DNA from: Pristiophorus japonicus
Taxonomy: Eukaryota
Length of the DNA stretch: 64,000 bases
Assembly (NCBI RefSeq): GCF_044704955.1
Contig: NW_027251843.1
Location: 806,001-870,000 of the forward strand
Direction of reading: 5' to 3'
Shown here: piece after piece, positions 60,700 through 64,000 of the stretch
How positions within the stretch are numbered: the first letter of the stretch is position 1
Layout: the number at the start of each line of letters is the position of its first letter
Notes under the pieces: model-generated
What the model saw: the letters and a program-made list of their open reading frames with translations, nothing else
Told to the model about the DNA's origin: nothing
Database searches by the model: none
Position numbers and translations under genes: made by a program

Positions 60700-62830
60700 G
60701 AAAATCCCAATTTGGGTCAATGCTGTTGGAAATGTCTGTGGGACACTCCCATTTCTACACCTTTTGCCACAAGGACTTTGAGAGTCTGTGGTGTGGAGGG
60801 TTGTCTATTAGGAAGAAACAGCTGCTCAATCCAACATGGCTGCCCAGGGATGTGAATGTTGCCTTGTCCGTCTCGCCTGTATCTCAGGTCTGGGCATTCA
60901 TCCCCAACACTCACCTTAAACTGATACACACAGCGGGCAGGACTTATATGGGCACATGACCCCCGCGGGACACATCACCACTGAGGGCACATGTCCCCTG
61001 GCCTCACAATGGAAACCATGGCAACACAGAAACCGCAGGGGTGGACCAATCACAGCAAAGTGCTACGACTGTGCATTTGTGCCTGAGAGAGCAACGAGGA
61101 GAGAGCTTCGATCTATTTAACCCTTCGATCCCTGGCTGCTGTCTGAACACTAAGCCCGAGTTGGCAGAGGCAGTGACTACATTATTCCTGTGTTATTCTG
61201 CGCCCTGCTCATTCATCTCAACCCCTGTGTTAATGTTTCTCTGCTCAATGGTACTGCTCCCCACAGCAAATCCAACCAGAGAGATTTCTCAGCTGGGTGT
61301 GAAACATGGAGAAGCAGAGATGGGCATGGACTGTGTGGGGCACTAAAGGACCCACTGGCTCCGACCAATAATAAAACAGTCGGTAAGGACACGGTGAAAA
61401 GTGGGGGATGGGACCAGATGATGGACCTGGGCAAGTCCGACAAGGAGGCTGTCCTGCCGGTCAGAGCAATGGTGAAATACACTGGCCTCAGCCTGCCGGG
61501 CATTGTGGAAGGGCAGGCAGCTCCGATCCTTACCGTCCCAGACTGTCAGCCAATCACTGTGGCTTCCTCCTTCGGAGAGCTGTTCAAATCTCCACGGGTT
61601 TCACAACTGCAGCTCACAGACACGCTGGTGAGCAGATTGTTGGGGTGTTTGCTCTACACGTGTCCAGTTTCTGTGTGTCATGGGCCTGGGCAACATTACA
61701 ATTGGAGCCCATTACTGGTCTCATAAAGTGACGGTCACGTTGATTAGTCTGAGCTTTCGACCACACATCCGCAGCATAACTAAGACCATCTATTTCCATC
61801 TCCACAACATCACGTGTCCCCGCATTTGCCTCAGCTCATCCGCTGCTGAAACCCTCATCCATGCTTTGTTACCTCTAGATTCGACTATTCCAATGCAATC
61901 CTGGCTGGTCTCCCACATTCTACTCTACGTAAACTAGAGGTGATCCAAAACTCAGCTGCCTGTGTCCTAACTCGCACCAAGTCCTGTTCACCCATCACCC
62001 CTGTGCTCGCTGACCTACATTGGCTCCCGGTTAAGCAACGCCTTTGATTTCAAAATTCTCATCCTTATTTTCAAATCCCTCCATGGCCTCACCCCTCCCT
62101 ATCTCTGTAATCTCCTCCAGCCCCACAACCAACCAAGATGTCTGCCTCCTCTAATTCTGCCCTCCTGAGCATCCCTGATTATAATCGCTCAACCATTGGT
62201 GGCCGTGCCTTCTGTTGCTTGAGCCCCAAGCTCTGGAACTCCCTCCCTAAACCTCTCTGCCTCTCTACCTCTCTTTCCTCCTTCAAGACGCCCCTTACAA
62301 CCGACCTGTTTGACCAGCACTAATTTCTACTTATGCGGCTAGGTGTCAAATTTGTATCCCATAGTACTCCTGTGAAGCACCTTGGGATGTTTCACTCCAT
62401 TAAAGGCGCTATATAAATACAAGTTGTTGTTGTTGTTTTTGTTGTTGTTGTGGGGGAACAAGGAGAACCAGAAGGAGGCGCTGTCGAGCCTCTGTAAGAA
62501 CATAATCCAGTTGAGAGCAGACACCATCCAACTGTTTGCAGACAAATCCCATGCAACGATTCAACCGCTCTGAGATGCCGTGAGATAAAGTGAGGACTGA
62601 AGCGCTCAGTGTGCTGGGAAACTTGGCCAAGGGGGGAATCGGAGGGTCCAGGTGTTGCTGCAGGTCACCAGGTCCAGTCGGTCAACACTGCGATCGGTAT
62701 TCCCATATATTGGATCTGCCGAGACTTCCTCAGTAACTGAGAATAATCCAGGGGAACCCAACAGGGGCTACATGGACTTCATCAGAGACCGTTGCCAACA
62801 ATTGCTGTGTTACTAGGACTGAAATTTCCC
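60700..62830 (+). pseudogene. Intronless MROH1-like (maestro HEAT-like repeat) pseudogene, split by an L2-like insertion
   Basis: GGWDQMMDLGKSDKEAVLPVRAMVKYTGLSLPGIVE and QPITVASSFGELFKSPRVSQLQLTDTLVSRLLGCLLYTCP, then GLGNI, KVRTEALSVLGNLAKG and YMDFIRDRCQQL. These resemble, in order, the recalled MROH1 C-terminal segments GGWELL...LARAMAEHAGPRLP, QRVTTTAFLAELL...DTC, GLANL, FRTASIRLFGHL and FGEFLNTTCKHL. Frameshifts and stops present. Confidence 0.72.
61740..62450 (+). mobile_element. L2-like LINE 3' end with (TTG)n tail
   Basis: AAETLIHA, HITPVLADLHWLP and GGRAFCCLSPKLWNSLP peptides typical of the L2 ORF2 C-terminus. Confidence 0.85.
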
Positions 62831-62847
62831 AATGCACACACGCACAC

Positions 62848-63418
62848 CCTCCGACAGTGCGGCACGCCCTCAGTACCACCCCTCCGACAGTGCGGCACTC
62901 CCTCAGTACTGCCCCTCTGACAGTGCGGCACTCCCTCAGTACTGCCCCTCTGACAGTGCAGCACTCCCTCAGGACTGCACAGTGGTATATGTCTTTATTT
63001 TACGCTCAGGTCCCTGGAGTGGGGCTTGAACCCACGATACAACATTGCATCACTGGATGCCGCACAGTCTGAGCTGTGAGTCATATCCCGACCTCAGTTG
63101 GAACAGCTAACTTAGAACAAACAACAACAGCAATTTTTATACAGCACCTTTAACACAGGAAAACTCCCCGAGCACTTCACAGGAGCGTTATAGAATAAAG
63201 ATTGACAGCGAGCCACGTAAGGAGACATTGAAAATTGCAGCTCAGTCAAATTGTGAGGGAAATTGTCAGTGCTGTCTTCATACCAAAAGGGGGCGATGTT
63301 GATTCTGAAAAGACCAAATTTATGGACAATTTCTGTGTCACTCAATTGATTGGTTTGTAAAACCTGTTTGTACAAAACCTCCAGTCAGGTTTGCAGAATA
63401 ATTTCCAGTTCCCCACGT
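62848..63418 (+). repeat. Direct duplicate of 6475-7063 (the region 3' of C)
   Basis: Near-identical minisatellite plus unique sequence (GATACAACATTGCATCACTGGATGCCG...GTTCCCCACGTG), same orientation. Confidence 0.9.
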
Positions 63419-64000
63419 GTCATTTGATGATGGATTTCAGCGTGTATCTCCTTGTCCGCTCGTGAGGCGGTGTCTCAGACCGATTGGCAGGTCAGTAGCC
63501 ACTCCGCACTGCAGCGAGCATCGGCAGGCCATTCCACTGTGGGAGGCCTCACCGCGGAGCTCGGTGCACGGGGTATATCTACACAGAGACGCTCTGCCAC
63601 CAGGTTCAGCAGCAACAACCTGATTTGCTGTACAACTGGAGCATTAGAACAACATCCCGAGGCAGCTGACAGAGGCGTAATCTGGTCAAAGCGGTGCTGA
63701 GCCAAAGGGGGAGGGGCTGGGAGGGAGAGTCACAGATTGGGTTTGAAGGGAGATCTTAAAAGAGGAGAGGGGTGGAGTGGCAGAGAGGTTTAGGGAGCAG
63801 GGAGTTAGGGCCCAGGCAGCTGAAGGCACGGCCCCCAATGGAGGGGAAGGGAAGGGGGGATGGATAAGAAGCCTGAGCCAGATACAGCGGCCCCTGAACA
63901 CAACAACAACTTGCATTTATATAGCGAGTGTTGTGACAAAGACAGACAGTGAGAATATAACCCTGATAATGTAACACAGTATTTGCAGCACTTGACACTG

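Overview
Repeat-rich vertebrate genomic DNA, almost certainly from a cartilaginous fish (shark): it has a cluster-type Ig light-chain gene, abundant CR1 LINEs and Deu-type SINEs. The core feature is one unrearranged Ig kappa-type (NS4/type III-like) light-chain cluster on the minus strand: leader 27818-27770, V 27589-27291 with a 12-RSS, J 25904-25870 with a 23-RSS, a ~16 kb CR1-filled intron, and C 9749-9421. J and C are intact; V has an in-frame TGA in FR1. Other features: an 11-bp satellite leading into a decayed Harbinger transposon (1-5290); three permuted U2 snRNA 3'-to-5' junctions (7742-8195); a full-length decayed endogenous retrovirus with two LTRs, a 5-bp TSD and a tRNA-Ser PBS (43120-50745); an inverted 'ghost' copy of the cluster's non-coding flanks lacking V, J and C (54470-60505); and an intronless MROH1-like (maestro HEAT-repeat) pseudogene (about 60700-62830). 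Most of the rest is nested CR1, L2, RTE and Tx1 fragments, SINEs, a MITE, probable solo LTRs and one assembly gap. Repeat boundaries were read by eye and are approximate; protein and RNA family calls come from recalled sequences, not database searches.
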